Positions 24,813 to 38,943 are shown, numbered from the stretch's first letter. The stretch: 64,000 nucleotides of DNA from Octopus sinensis (GCF_006345805.1 NC_043015.1:45198001-45262000); one strand, 5' to 3'. Made by a program: numbers and translations. Notes: generated from the sequence alone by a model not told the origin.

Positions 24813-25238
24813 AACACACACACAGGTATATATTGAAAGGTAAGGTATAATAGTTCCAACAGCACACCGTTCTTCTTCACTCTTGTGAGAGACTAATGAG
24901 TATTGGTTGGAATTCTAGAATTCATTCCTAAGAAGGTGGTTCTTCTCTGTCTGAAATTACTGCACAACCAAACCAAATAGGAGCACAAAACAGAAACGGT
25001 GTATTGCTTGCAAAGCCAAAACTTCACAAATGATCTTTGGGGAAAAAAAAAAAATTATTTTCTTTGAAGGCTTCTGACATGATGGAGAGAAATTTTAATT
25101 TTGTAATGGTGATTCCAGTAGTGAAGATTTAAACTGTGTATAAAGATAATAAATAAAATTTTAAAAAATGAAAACAACAACAACAATAATAATAATAACG
25201 GATGATAATGATGACAATAATGATAAAATTAATATGCA

Positions 25239-25282
<44 letters not shown>

Positions 25283-25289
25283 GTAATAA

Positions 25290-25484
25290 TTTTGGCACAA
25301 GGCCAGTAATTTTGGTGGAGGAGTAAGTTACTTACACCGACCCCCAATGATAATTGGTACTTATTTTATCAACCTGGAAAGGATGGAAGGTAAAGTCTAC
25401 CTTGGTGGAATTTGAACTCAAATGGATAAAATGCTGCTAAGCATTTTGCCCGGCGTGCTAATGATTCTGCCAGCTCGCCGCCAC

Positions 25485-25520
<36 letters not shown>

Positions 25521-25956
25521 CCCTTCTACTATAGGCACAAGGCCTGAAATTTGGGGGAAGGGGGCCTAGTCGATTACATTGACCCCCGGTGTTTCACTGG
25601 TATTTAATTTATCGACCTCGAAAGGATGAAAGGTAAAGTCGACCTCGGCAGAATTTGAACTCAGAACGTAGCAGCAGGCGAAATACTGCTAACCATTTTG
25701 TCCAGCATGCTAACAATTCTGCAAGTTTGCCACCTTAACCCTTTAGCGTCTAAACCGGCCATATCTGGCCGAAATATTCTATATGTTTTATATTCAAACT
25801 GGCCATATCTAGCCTTTCACACCTAACCTACAATGCCATTCTAAAAATAAACAATCACATCATTGAAACCTCAAAGCTAAGATAATGCTTGATGAATTCA
25901 AAAAAATTTGAATAAAATATATATTACATTTAACAGTGTAATCTGAATACTAAAGG

Positions 25957-25995
<39 letters not shown>

Positions 25996-26225
25996 TATTA
26001 TTATTATTATTATTTAAAATTTTTGCCACAAGGGCAACTTGGGGGAGATGGGGATGAGTTGATTACATCGACCCCAGTGTTCAACTGGTACTTATTTTAT
26101 CAACCCCAAAAGGACGAAAGGCAAAGTCAACCATGGCGGAATTTGAACTCAGAACATAGCGACAGGTAAAATACTGCTAAGCATTTCATCCGGCATGCTA
26201 ACGATTCTGCAAGCTTGCCACCTTG

Positions 26226-26258
<33 letters not shown>

Positions 26259-26501
26259 TATGATGAGTAATGTAATTCTTCATGAAGGTAAAACACACAA
26301 ATAGAATAGCACAATGCGATAATGTAATAAATTACAGAATGATTTATTTATTGAACAATATTTCCGTCTTCTTTGGGTTTGAAAATGAAGATATAAAAAA
26401 AAAAAAAAAGAATAAGAACTGAAATTTAGAAATTAATAAATTTCAATCTGTATTTTATTACATATTGTATTGCACTCTTGTTATTGTGTATCAATAATAA
26501 T

Positions 26502-26538
<37 letters not shown>

Positions 26539-27294
26539 GTAATGATGATGATGATGATGATGATGATGGTTGAAATGTTTTTTTTTTTCTCTTTTACATG
26601 GGCAAAAAAAGCCATCGATTTGTAATGGAGAAAGAGGCAGTGTAATTAGTCCTTTGATTGATTCTAATGCATTCGTTAATTCGTTACTGGTGCTACTTCT
26701 GTTCATCGATCTCCCCGAAGGGAATGAAAGGCAAAGTTCAGCCTGGCAGGATTTGAACTCACAATGACGGGGGAAGTGTAACTAAACGCCACAAGGCATT
26801 TAGTCAAGCATACTACTATTTCCACCACCCACCATCCTATCAATAATAATCCTTTCTATTCTAGGCACAAGGCCTGAAATTTGGTGGGGAGAGAGGATAA
26901 GTTGATTACATTGACCCCAGTGCATGCAACTGGTAATTCTTTTATTGACCCCAAAAGGAAGAAAGGCAAGGTTGACCTTGGCAGAAAACACAGGGATGGA
27001 CAAAATACCACTAAGCATTTAATCCAGCTTGTTGTCTTAATAATTATAATAATCTTTTCTACTCTAGGTACAAGACCTGAAATTTTGGGGGAACGGGGGG
27101 GGGGCAATCGATTAAATCGACCCCAGTACGCAACTGGTACTTAATTTATCAACGACTCTGAAAGGATGAAAGGCAAAGTCGACCTCAGTGGAATTTGAAC
27201 TCAGAATGTAGGGACGGATGAAATACCACTAGGCATTTCATCCAGTGTGCTAACAATTCTGCTAGCTTGCTGCCTTAATAACAATAACAGCAAC

Positions 27295-27337
<43 letters not shown>

Positions 27338-28480
27338 GTTTTAAATTTTTCCACAAGGGCAGCAACTTTGGGGGAGGGAATGAGTCAATTACATCGACCC
27401 CAGTGTTCATCTGGTACTTATTTAATCAGCCCCGAAAGGATGAAGGGCAAAGTTGACCTTGGTGGAATTTGAACTCAGAATGTAAAGATAGAAGAGATGC
27501 TGCTAAGCATTTTGCCTGGTGTGCTAATGATTCTGCCAGCTTGCCCCCTTCTTACCAATAATTTTTTTCTATTGGAGGCACAAGGCCTGAAATTCGGGCA
27601 GAGGGAACTAGTTAATTACATCAACCCCAGTGCATCAAGGATGAAAGGCAAAGTCAACCTTGGCATAATTTGAACTCAGAACGTAGACAGACGAAATGCC
27701 ACTAAGCATTTTGCCTGGCATGCTAACCATTCTGCCAGTTCACTGTAGTAGTAGTAATGGTTTCAAATTTTGCAGCCATTTTGGGGGCGGGGGCAAGGCA
27801 ATTACATTGACCCCAGTGTTTCACTAGTACTTAATTTATCGAACCCAGAAGGATGAAAGGCAGAGTCGACCTAGGTGGAATTTGAAAATAATACTACTAC
27901 TACTACTACTAATAATAATAATAATAATAATAACAATAATAATGATAATAATAATCTTTTCTACTCTAGGCACAAGGCCCGAATTTTTTGGGGAGGGGGC
28001 CAGTCGATTAGGTCGACCCCAGTATGCAATTGGTACTTAATTTATCAACCTCGAAAGGATGAAAGGCAAAGTCAACCTCAGTGGAATTTGAAAATAATAA
28101 TAATAATAATAATAATTTTGGTGCAAGGCCAGGAATTTTGATGGGAGGAGGCAAGTTATTACACTGACTGCCATGCTTGGTTGGTACATATTTTATCAAC
28201 TTTGAGAGGATGACAGGTAAAACTGACTTTGGCAGGAATTTGAGCACAGGAAGTGAAGAGCCAGGAGAAATGCCATTAAGTATTTTGGCCAATGTGCCAA
28301 CGGTTCTGCCAGATCCCCCCTTAGTAATGTTGTCAATATAAATGATATTTCTTTCCAACTAGAGAACAACAGCAATGGGCGTGGGAAGTAGCAGAGTGGA
28401 TCCAAAACATTTACATGTACACATATTTATCGGCCTTGGAAAGACGAAAGGCAAAGTCAACCCTAGTGTGATTTGAACTA
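25290..28480 (-). mobile_element. Cluster of about 10 co-oriented family B SINE copies separated by (AAT)n
   Basis: Repeated GGCACAAGGCC...GAAAGGATGAAAGGCAAAGTCGACCT...GAATTTGAACTCAG blocks alternate with AAT microsatellites. Confidence 0.85.
25739..25957. mobile_element. piggyBac-like MITE
   Basis: TTAA TSDs and CCCTTTAG...CTAAAGGG termini. Related copies at about 960-1190, 2392-2655, 20600-21200 and 39600-40265. Confidence 0.8.
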
Positions 28481-29502
28481 AGAACTCAAAAGAGACATGT
28501 TTTTTTTTTCTAAAAAAAAAAGAAGACACCCCAAACAAAAAAAAAACAAACAAACAAACAAACCAACAAATAATAATAATGATAATGATGATGACAATAA
28601 TAATAATAATAATAATAATAACCTGCTAGATAAAACCTTGTCTTTATCTTATTCATTTTAGAGAAAGGACGAGAGGATTCTTGCAAATAGTTCGGATATT
28701 CTTTCCATCATTTTTTTTTGCTTTTTTTCTCACTTCCATTTTATAGTTTTTTGTTTTTTTCTTCCTTCTTTCCTGATTTTGTTTAAGCATTTACCATTTA
28801 TTTATTTATTTATTGTATTTAGTCTTTATTTGTTTTTTTGTTTTTGTTTTGAATTTTAAAATTTCACTTTTTTGTTGAAAATTTTGGCAAGTTTGAGGAC
28901 AGTGCCATGGCATAAGAAATTATATGAATGGCAAATGTATATGGAGGCTTTAAATCATACACACATGTGCACATACATACACACACACACACACACACAA
29001 AAAGACAAACATGAGCATTTGTGTAAATGTCTCTCTCATTATACTTAGACACATATACATACAAACATACATATATATATATATATATAAACATACATAT
29101 ATATGTATACATATATATATGTATACGTATATATACATATATATATGTATACATATATATACATACACACACACATATATACACATACGCACAAACACAC
29201 ACATATATACATACACACACATATATATATATATATATATACATACATACGTAGATATATATATACACACACATACATACACACATGTATATACATATGT
29301 TTACACAAATACAAATACACAATTTTACACACCCACAAACCTTTGCGGATGCATATACAGACGTTAACAATCAGATACACATGCAGCCGTATATACACAT
29401 ACATACACTCTCATACACCAGTAAAAACTCTATATACATATATACACATATATGTATATATATTCATTTTTTTAATAGTTTTTTTGTTTATATTTTTATA
29501 CT

Positions 29503-29614
29503 TCAGATATATCGACCGAGAGCTGTATAAAAGTCCTGAAGACAAACAAGGAGCTGTGAGAATTTTGGACGTTCTTCAAAAGATATTGCCCAGCAGCAAG
29601 CCATCACGGAGAAT
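29503..29614 (-). CDS. RYK: RYK last coding exon
   Basis: Polypyrimidine/AG acceptor. Translates to FSVMACCWAISFEERPKFSQLLVCLQDFYTALGRYI*. Phases are consistent across all eight exons. Confidence 0.96.
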
Positions 29615-30066
29615 CTAGAAAAAAAAAAAAAGAAAGAAAAGAAGTCAAAGGACAAATTTAAACAAAAGTATATTAAAATGCCAAATTTTAAAAGAGGAAT
29701 TCACCGTAAAACAATGAGACCATCACAGCAGCAGCTGCCGCCACCGCCGGTCCTCAGTTGAATCGCCCAACCCATGCCAGCATGGAAAGCGGATCTTAAA
29801 CAATGATGATGATGATGAGGATGATATGGCATGTAAAAAGCACCATCCAGCCGTGGCCGTTTGCCAGCCTCGTCTGGATTCTGTGCAGGTGGCACGAAAA
29901 ACGACCCACTACACTCTCAGAGTGGTTGGCGTTAGGAAGGGCATCCAGCTGTAGAAACACTACCAGATCAGACTGGGGCCTGGCGCAGCCTTCTGGCTTC
30001 CCAGACCCCAGTTGAACTGTCCAACCCATGCTAGCATGGAAAGCGGACGTTTAACGATGATGATGA

Positions 30067-30107
<41 letters not shown>

Positions 30108-30416
30108 TATATATCCTTTCAGGTGCTAGTGCCACACAGAATGCACCCATGCCGGTGCTGTGCTGACACACCTGTGCTGGTGGTGTGTAAATGTGCCAGT
30201 GACAGTGGCACATATAATGCACCTAGAAATCTGTTAAGTTGATGGTCTTAAGAAGGGCATCCAGCCATAGAAACCATGTCACAACAGACAGTTGGAGCCT
30301 GGACAGCTCCCTGCTAACCAGCTCCATGTCAAACCGTCCAACCCATGGTAAGCAGACATTAAACGATAGTGATGATGTATGCATGTGTGTATATATATAT
30401 ATATATATATACTTTC

Positions 30417-30710
30417 ACACCGAGAGCCTTCGAGTATTTCAAGATCACTGATACGGTCCTTCCACTTAATGCCATAGATCCATCTGAGGCACATCTGATG
30501 GAAACGTTCCAGTTGTTTAAGGTGGTAACGATATGTGACCCACGTCTCGCAGGCATAGAGAAGAGAAGGGAGCACACATGCCTTGTACACCTTTATCTTT
30601 GTCTTTCTGCATATGTCTCGCCGATTCCAGAGGCGCTTTTCTAGCCTTCTGAAAGCAACACTTGCTTTCCTAATTCTATATGGAATTTCATCATCCACAT
30701 TGCCATATCT
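30417..30710 (-). mobile_element. RTE-clade LINE reverse-transcriptase fragment
   Basis: Translates to VDDEIPYRIRKASVAFRRLEKRLWNRRDICRKTKIKVYKACVLPSLLYACETW...LERFHQMCLRWIYGIKWKDRISDLEIL, the typical RTE C-terminal region. Bounded by (TA)n. Confidence 0.88.
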
Positions 30711-31502
30711 ATTATATATATATATATATATCTGATGATGCACTCTCCTGTCGTTAGATGATGTATGAGGGTTCGTCAATTTCTTACCGAACAACCACAC
30801 ACATGATTTGTTTATACTGATGAAATGTTTCTGTAGACAAAAGCTCACTCCCTCCATCAGATCAACATTACCTGCACAGGTGCAATGGGTGCCACATGTC
30901 AGATGTCGAAACGATCGCAGAGCAACATGAGATGAAGTGATTTGCTCAAGAACACAATGCAATGCCCGGTCTGGGAATTGAACCCACGATCTCACAATTG
31001 TGAGTGCAACACCCTAACCACTATGAATATATACTAGAAACATATAGAAAATAGTATAGAAATATAGTACAGAAGAGAACCATCCGAATGTGGCCGTAGC
31101 CAGCGCCACATCACCTGGCCTCCGTGCCAGTGGCACGTAACAAACACCATCCGATTGTGGCCGTTGCCAGCCTCGCCTGGCCTCCGTGCCGGTGGCACAT
31201 AAAAAGCACCACCCAAGCATGGCCATTCGCCAGTCTCATCTGGCACCTGTGTCGGCACGTAAAAAGCACCCACTACACTCACGGAGTGGTTGGCTTTAGG
31301 AAGGGCATCCAGCTGTAGAAACACTGCCAGATCTGACTGGGCCTGGTGCAGCCTTCGGGCTTCCCAGACCCCAGTTGAACCGTCCAACCCATGCTAGCAT
31401 GGAAGGCGGTGGTGGTGGTAAAGAAGCTAGATGATGAATTAATAAACAAAGAAAAACGAATCTATTATAAAACCTACAGAATCAATCCAGTAATATACTC
31501 AC

Positions 31503-31639
31503 AATTCATCGGGACAATTTATAGGTTGAGCTATCCGATAACCTTCTTGTAGGTATGCTGACATTTCAAAGGGATCGATATCAGCGTATGGCTGTTGCCC
31601 AAGTGTCATCAACTCCCAAAGTGTGACACCAAAAGCCCA
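31503..31639 (-). CDS. RYK: RYK exon, kinase subdomains IX-X
   Basis: AG/GT flanks, 137 bp. Translates to WAFGVTLWELMTLGQQPYADIDPFEMSAYLQEGYRIAQPINCPDEL. Confidence 0.97.
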
Positions 31640-33959
31640 CTGCAAATAGAAAGAGAGAAAGACAGGGGTTAGTCAAACATTTCTGCTGAAACATTCTACC
31701 TTTGGGTTAATTAATTTTGAAAATGAAGAATTTAGTAAAATAATATCATCTTTATTAAACTAGTGTTTAGGGTGGCAAGCTGACAGAATTGTTAGCATGC
31801 TAGGTGAAATTTTCAGTGGCATTTCGTCTGTTCTTACATTCTGGGTTCAAATTCCACCAGAGTTGACTTTGTCTTCCACCCCTTTTGGGTGTCAATAAAA
31901 GCCATATCAGGGGAGTGCTGGGGCCAGTGTAATCGACTTAGTCCCTACTTCAAAACTGCTGGCCTTGTGCCAAAATTTGAAACCATTATTAATCTAGTGC
32001 TTAGAACATGAATTAATACAACATTTTTGTTAGATTTTAATATAAATCCATTTTAAAACAAGGAGTTTGTGTCTTGTTTCACCTGACCAGGGGCAATCTC
32101 AGATCAGTTGGTATCAAAAGGTTAAATGATTTTTCTCTTTATTTTTTATCATGTGTTAACCTTAGATTATGGAATAACAGTGGTGTGTGCTACTTATAGT
32201 TCTCTGTCTTGTTTTTAAGAATCACCAAAGTCATTAATGACTTTTATATATCTGTACTTGAAAAAAATTCAAAGTACGAGGTGTTCAAATGACTATACAT
32301 AATTCATGGCACTGGGCCAAAAATCTAAGAAGTTTTTGTTTTATAGGCACAGACATAGCTGTGTGGTGTTAAGATGCTTGCTCTCAAACCTTCTGATCCC
32401 AGGTTCAATCCCACCATATGGTACCTTGTACAAGCATCATCTTCTTTCACCTCTGCTATTTGCTTTGGCATGGTTTCCTTATTCCTGGAAGATGACACCT
32501 TTGCACCACTGAGACGAGAACCCTCCAACCCACGGATCTGTCTTGGGTAGTTGTTACTGGTGAGGATTTTAAGAACTCAAAGAGCAAATCCTATCTCAAT
32601 GTCTCTTAGCTAACTCTCATGTCACAGAAAAAACATTGGATCCCATACAACACCTGACCAATGTGAAATGAAGTATTTATCTCAAGAACACAACACGCCA
32701 CCCAGTCCAGGAATCGAACCATGATCTGGCAATCTAGTTTGAGAGGAATTTGGTTACTATTTTTTCCATTGTTTAAATTGTGTTTATCTGAAGACAAAGA
32801 TGTTTACACCAGATAGAAATGTAATGCTAAGTGTTCTCTGGGTGTTTCTAGATTTGTTGCTGACATCACCATTCCAGATACAACCTTAATTTCTGTATTA
32901 TTTCAAAAGCTGCTTCAAATCTATGTGGCCATCATTTGCAACCAGATGGTGTGGGTGCTCATCTTGCGAGAAATAGCAGCCAAATATCCACCAAATTAAA
33001 GTACCAGTATCTAAGCCAATGAATACGTTTTTAAATATCCTTCATATCTCATCTTTAAAAAAAATTAAAAAAACACCACCGGGTACTGAAGTCCTAGATA
33101 CCCTATGGATGAAAAAAAGATGGAGTGGTCAAGATCTTTGATCATAGAATCTGCCCTATCAGAAGATAAACAATTACAACCAGTTAGTCATCTGCCCGAA
33201 CTGTGGAATATTGCTCATTATGATATCCACCATCAAAAATTGCTTTGATTAGTGAAAATTCAAAGATCGAGATAAAAATTTGTTATTTAGATGAATTGAA
33301 AAAAATGTAGGATAGATGATGACGTAAAGGGAAACAACTGCAGAATGTCGAAAACGAAATTACAGAAGACTTCTTTATATGACGATTCTGTAATTACTTG
33401 ACTGTAAATAATTCAAGGGAGATGATATAACAACTGCGATGTATTTTTTTAATATTCGTTTCTTGTAATTGTCTACAACCTGGTGAAAATATAGACTTCT
33501 GAAGAAAAATGAAGAACAAAGCAAATAAAATTAATAAAAAAAGAAAGAAATTATTATATTATATTCAAACAACAGGTCAAAAATCAAATTAATTTCAAAT
33601 AAAATAAGGGTATAATTAAAAATGAATTTATTGAAACTAAGCAACACATTCGTTTATGTTTAGTAAATTTACCTCTACTTAAATAGTTTACAATTTAGAA
33701 GGACAAGTTTGCCAAAAGATGATATACGCTAGATGGAAGAACAACTAGCGTTAATGGTGGCAAGTTCTCAGGTGTGACTGTGATGGTAAGAAGCTTGCTT
33801 CCAAACCATGTTGTTCTGAGTTCAGTCCCACTGCATGGTACCTTGGGCAAGTGTCTTCTATTATGGCCTAGGGTGACCAAAGCCTTGTGAGTGAATGGAT
33901 GGAAACTGAAAGAAGCCTATGGTATATGTGCATATGTATCTATGTATGCTTGTGTAATG

Positions 33960-34350
33960 GCCCAAGCAGCCAGTGCCATATTGGATGAGATCTTGTGGCA
34001 ACCATTGCCATCTCTGAGACTGGAGCAAGACCATACCTGCATCCATTTGCCATGCGCGAGATCACAACGAGGTTTGCGATGGAGAAAACTATATAAAGGG
34101 AAAACCCTCTTCAAATTTCTCTTCTTCGGCATCACAACACAGCAGCACTGGCTGAACACCACCACTGGCTGTGGCTTTCTGCCTGTCTGTCTCCAGAGGC
34201 AATTTGCACCCACACTATTGGAGCTTAAGATGGTAGCTGAGAGCAGCACACTTCATCTTTCCTGTAAATAAACCAGTTGTAAATAGCAGTTGTACTTGAA
34301 GATTTTTCTCTTCGCCTGCCAGAAGCCTGAACTACATAAAGAACAAGAAG
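33960..34350 (-). mobile_element. Possible degraded RTE LINE 3' end
   Basis: GC-richer block interrupting a SINE; the minus-strand end (...ATGGTCTTGCTCCAGTCTCAGAGATGGCAATGGTTGCC) resembles RTE 3' termini. No intact ORF. Confidence 0.35.
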
Positions 34351-35146
34351 ATGATGGAAGGAGACGATATTCCTCCGATATCATAGATCCTTGTCTTTGT
34401 TGTTTTGTCCTGCACCACGATTTGACAACTGGTGTTGGTTTGTTTACTTCCCTGTAACTTTGCAGCTCAGCAAAAGATTACCAGGTTTGATAACTCTGAA
34501 ACTCACAGACAAGAAAATATAAAAGAATAACTGTGAAGACTTGGCCAGAATATGTAAACAGGGAAAAATTATCTAAAAAATTATATTGCAATATATACTC
34601 ATATGTGAAGGTGCATGGCCAAGTGGTTAAGCTGTTGCACTTACAATCGCTAGATCATGGGTTCAATTCCCTGATTGGGTAGCAGGTTGTGTTATTGAAC
34701 AAAACACTTCATTTTGTGTTGCTTCAGTTCACCTTTCAACAGAGAAGGAGGATGTTTGCCTAGCCAGTTTTCAGGAGATTGATATGCCAAGCAAGATAGG
34801 TGTTCCAGATTGCTGATGCAAACATAGTCATATACAGTCACTAGTGTAGCTAGTGGGGGAGGAGCAGTAGGAGCATTCCACCCCAAGCGGCACTTTTAGA
34901 GGGGCACCACCTCTGGGTCTGCTGTAGGCAATGTGTGTTTCCTGTGGGGTCCGTAGTCAGCAAACAGAAGGCAGCACACATGCTAGCTTTGCTTGTGTAT
35001 ACAGCTTTATATATAAGTGTATATATAAGTCAAGTGGTGTTGAGTTATAGTAGTCATGTATGAATGGGAAACAGCAGCGAAAGAGAAAAAAGAAGAGTTC
35101 ATAGGAAGGAAGGAAAGATAGAGATCAATGAAATGACAAGACTTAC

Positions 35147-35306
35147 CACATCACTGGCAGGAGAGAATCTATGAGTAAGGAGAGCTTCAATGGATAACCA
35201 TTTTACAGGTCGGTTTTCATTGTCCCCTAAGCAATTGTAATCGTTAGGGAATAAATCCCGTGATAATGAATTGTCTGTAATTTTCAAACCTAAATCACTG
35301 TCGACT
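35147..35306 (-). CDS. RYK: RYK exon, activation segment
   Basis: AG/GT flanks, 160 bp. Translates to VDSDLGLKITDNSLSRDLFPNDYNCLGDNENRPVKWLSIEALLTHRFSPASDV, with the diagnostic RYK motif KITDNxLSRDLFPxDYxCLGDNENRPV. Confidence 0.97.
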
Positions 35307-36268
35307 CTGCAGAAAGAAGAGAAAAACAGATATTATACATACGTATATAATTATATAGCCATGCTAGCATGGAAGACGGGTGGTAAATGATGATGATGTG
35401 GTTAAGAAATAAGTAAAAATATATATATATAGGCGCAGGTGTGGCTGTGTGGTAAGAAGCTTGCTTCCCAAACGCATGGTTCTGGGTTCAGTCCCACTGT
35501 GTGGCACCTTGGGAAAGTGTCTTCTACTATAGCCTTGGGCCAACTGAAGCCTTGTGAGTGGATTTTGCAGATGGAAACTGAAAGAAGCCTGTCAATGTGT
35601 GTGTGTGCCTGTACTCAACCCTGACCACCACTCAACAACCAGTGCTGGTGTGTTTATGTCCCCATAACTTAGCGGTTTGGCAAAAGAGCCCAATAAGTAT
35701 CAGGTTTTAAAAATTAAATACTGGGGTTGATTCGACTAAAAACTTCTTCAAGGCAGTGCTCCAGCATGGCCACAGTCTAATGACTGAAACAAGTAAAACA
35801 TAAAAGATAAAGATATATCATCATCAACATCATCATCATCATCGTTTAACGTTTGTTTTCCATGCTAGCATGGGTTGGACGGTTCGACCGGTGTCTGGGA
35901 AGCCAGGAGGCTGCACCAGGCTCCAGATACACACGCACACACATAAAAACACACACAGAGTTTACTGTTCCACAGAGGTAAAATCAACAAAAAAAGAACT
36001 CCATCTGGTAAGATATAAATGTATACAGTACGAGCTACAAATAGTTACTTGCTTTGAAGACAAGAGCCTGGGTAGGCACTCCAAGCAACCTGCAGGCATT
36101 TTTGGTGCCAATTTATTTTAATTTATTTTAGTAGTTATTCCTACCCTGAGTATTCACTCAGGGCACAAGCCTCATTAATGTGCAAACATTCATACACACA
36201 CACACACACGACATACACACAAGTAATACCTCAAGTTGATTGTCATAAGATGGGCCACTAATACTTAC

Positions 36269-36378
36269 AAACAATTTCTTGTAGCCAAATCTTTGTGAAC
36301 TATCTTTTTCCGATGCAAAAACTGGACTCCTCGGATTATTTGTATTGCCATGTAGACTAACTGCTGTGTGTTGAGAGC
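36269..36378 (-). CDS. RYK: RYK exon, catalytic loop
   Basis: AG/GT flanks, 110 bp. Translates to ALNTQQLVYMAIQIIRGVQFLHRKKIVHKDLATRNC; HKDLA is typical of RYK. Confidence 0.95.
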
Positions 36379-37801
36379 CTGGAAGTTAAAATCAAGTTGT
36401 TATCAATGTCAATTTACAACCATGCAAACACTACAGTTCATGTTTCAAACACTGAGCAGACTAATGACTTTTCACATGACAAACATACAAGATTTCATGA
36501 TCTGCTGCACAGGAGAAACGTTTATAAAAGGGATTTGCTTCTTGCAAGATGTTGCATGAATATAACAAATGATATGGAAATATGCTGTGCTTGAGAAGAC
36601 CCGGCAAGCCAAATGAGACCATAACCTTGTGACCTATGCCCACTTATGCATACCTTTCCTTCGTTGGACACTGATTGCAAAGGCCTGTTGAGGCAAGTGA
36701 AATTGAAATCAAATTCGATGACTGGCATTCGTGCTAGTGGAGCACTAAGAGCACCATCCGAGCGTGATCGTTGCCAGAGCGGCTAAGTGGCGTCTGTGCC
36801 GGTGGCTCATAAAAAAGCACCATTCGAGCGTGATCGTTACCAGCACTTGTGCCGGTGTGCAGGTGGTATACAAAAAAAACACCATTTGGGCATGGCCGTT
36901 GCCAGTATCACCTGACTGGCCCTTGTACCAGTGGCACGTAAAAGCACCCACTACACTCTCGGAGTGGTTGGCGTTAGGAAGGGCATCCAGCTGTGGAAAC
37001 TCTGCCAGATCAAGATTGGGGCCAGTCCTCAGTCAAACCGTCCAACCCATGCTAGCATGGAAAGCGGACGTTAAACGATGATGATGATGATGATAATTAA
37101 TTAATCATCATCATCATCATTTAACATCTGTTCTCCATGTTGGCATGGGTTGGACAGTTTGACAGGAGCTGGTAAACCAGAAATCTGCATCAGGCCCCAA
37201 TTGTCTGTTTTGACCTGGTTTCTACAGCTCGATACCCTTCCTAACGCCAACCATTTTAGAGTGTACGGGGTGTCTTTTACATGGCCCCAGCACAGGTACT
37301 TCTCACCTGGCACCGGGATGGGTACTTTTTCCCCATGGAACCAGCATGTAATCAATGAACTTTATTAATTAATCCACTCAAATATATAATATGAAACCTT
37401 ATTTACCTTCAAAAACATCCAAACATAAATAACAAACTACATAACCATGCCACTCACTCACACTCTATAATTTACTGGCCTTGTCCCAAAATTTCAACTC
37501 ATTATTATTACTATTATCTTAATACAGTGGTTGTATACCGTCAACTCAATGTGACAGTCCATAAGGGAATTATACCACTGCCATTTAACCCTAGGAAACA
37601 TCGACGTCTCCTGTCGGCTTTGACACATTTCTTGTGTCCTTATATTTGCAAAGGGAAGGCAATTACCCCGCCAGCTGGGACTAGCACCTGAAGACATATG
37701 TTTCTGAGTCTATTGCTCGTCATCAGTCCAGGGTAGTCAGTCTCGCTCGCTGAGATGACTGCAACCTCTCCACAAATATATCTTATTTTCAGTAAAATTT
37801 A

Positions 37802-38089
37802 TTGTAAAGAATAGATAGTTTTGAATGGTAAACAATGCACTATAAAACAGACCATGGGCTATATACCTGTTGTAATTTAGTCATCCATAGTCTGATATGA
37901 TATTTCGGAATGATATTCCTTCTTCAGATATTCTTAGATGGAGTCGCTGCATCTAAGAATATCTGAAGAAGGAATATTATTCCAAAATATCATATCAGAC
38001 TATGAATGACTAAATTACAACAGGTATATAGCCCATGGTCTGTTTTATAGTGCATTGTTGTACCATTCAAAACTATCTATTCTTTACAA
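37802..38089. repeat. Long inverted repeat, probable inverted Penelope-like pLTR pair
   Basis: Arms 37802-37940 and 37950-38089 (about 139 bp, few mismatches), 9-nt loop, hammerhead motif in each arm. Confidence 0.85.
37895..37931 (-). ncRNA. Minimal type I hammerhead ribozyme in the left arm of an inverted repeat
   Basis: Reverse complement reads AUAU CUGAAGA A GGAAU AUC AUUCC GAAA UA UC^ AUAU. The mirror copy on + (37959-37995) has GAAA changed to AAAA. Confidence 0.75.
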
Positions 38090-38379
38090 ACAATGCACAA
38101 TACTTCAAGTGAACTACAATCCTCTCCAATTTATTGTGTTTTTATTATCAGATCTTTAAGGATGGCACATGTTGAACAGTAATCAATTTTGTTGATTAAT
38201 GATTAATGAGTTCCAATCCTACCAGTCAGCTCAGACATTGCATTTTATCCTACTGTTGGTCTTCAAGAAATATTTACTATATCCAGTTCAATAGACCACA
38301 GCTGATCTGATACATCATCTGCGTATACATGTGTACGAGTACATATACGTTATATTATGCAACAGGAATTTATACAGGC

Positions 38380-38712
38380 TTGAGAGGTCATCAACTGACC
38401 AGGATATACTTTCGGAAACATTTTTTCACGCTAAGAGTTGCTGAAGTATGGAACAAACTGCCGGCATCAGTTGTTAGTTGTCGGAGCACTGCATCCTTCA
38501 AAACTTCCATGCTTCCTGAGATTCGCCAACACTACACCTGATTTTCTCCCCTCCATACACATGCAAGCATGTATCTGACTCATACACTGTTCACTTCCCA
38601 GACATTTGTACATTACTGCACATGCTTTATATGCACTTTCTGACAAGTTGTGGTGCACCTGAGCACTGTATACAATATGCTTTATACAATAATTTCATTA
38701 TTATTATTATTA
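38380..38712 (+). mobile_element. CR1/L2-like LINE 3' fragment
   Basis: Translates to RKHFFTLRVAEVWNKLPASVVSCRSTASFK, followed by a 3' UTR and a (TTA)n tail. Confidence 0.8.
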
Positions 38713-38943
38713 TACTAGAACCCAAATAGCATAGTGGGTAGAGACAATAACAACAACAGGGCCTTTCATTTAGTATATAGGATCTGTGCACTTCACCCAA
38801 CATATTGAGTTCTATGTCAGATAATGCTTGCTCTATGTGAAGTACATTTTCAAGAGATTTTACTCTTATATTACTTTATCACATACATACACACACACAC
38901 ACGTTAAAAAATAAACAAATTCTCAAAGAGAGTAACAACGTAC

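Noticed and set aside
37692-37730. Further - strand hammerhead-like motif (CUGAUGA...GAAACAUA)
   Set aside because: Stem I does not pair and stem II is imperfect; at best a decayed remnant.
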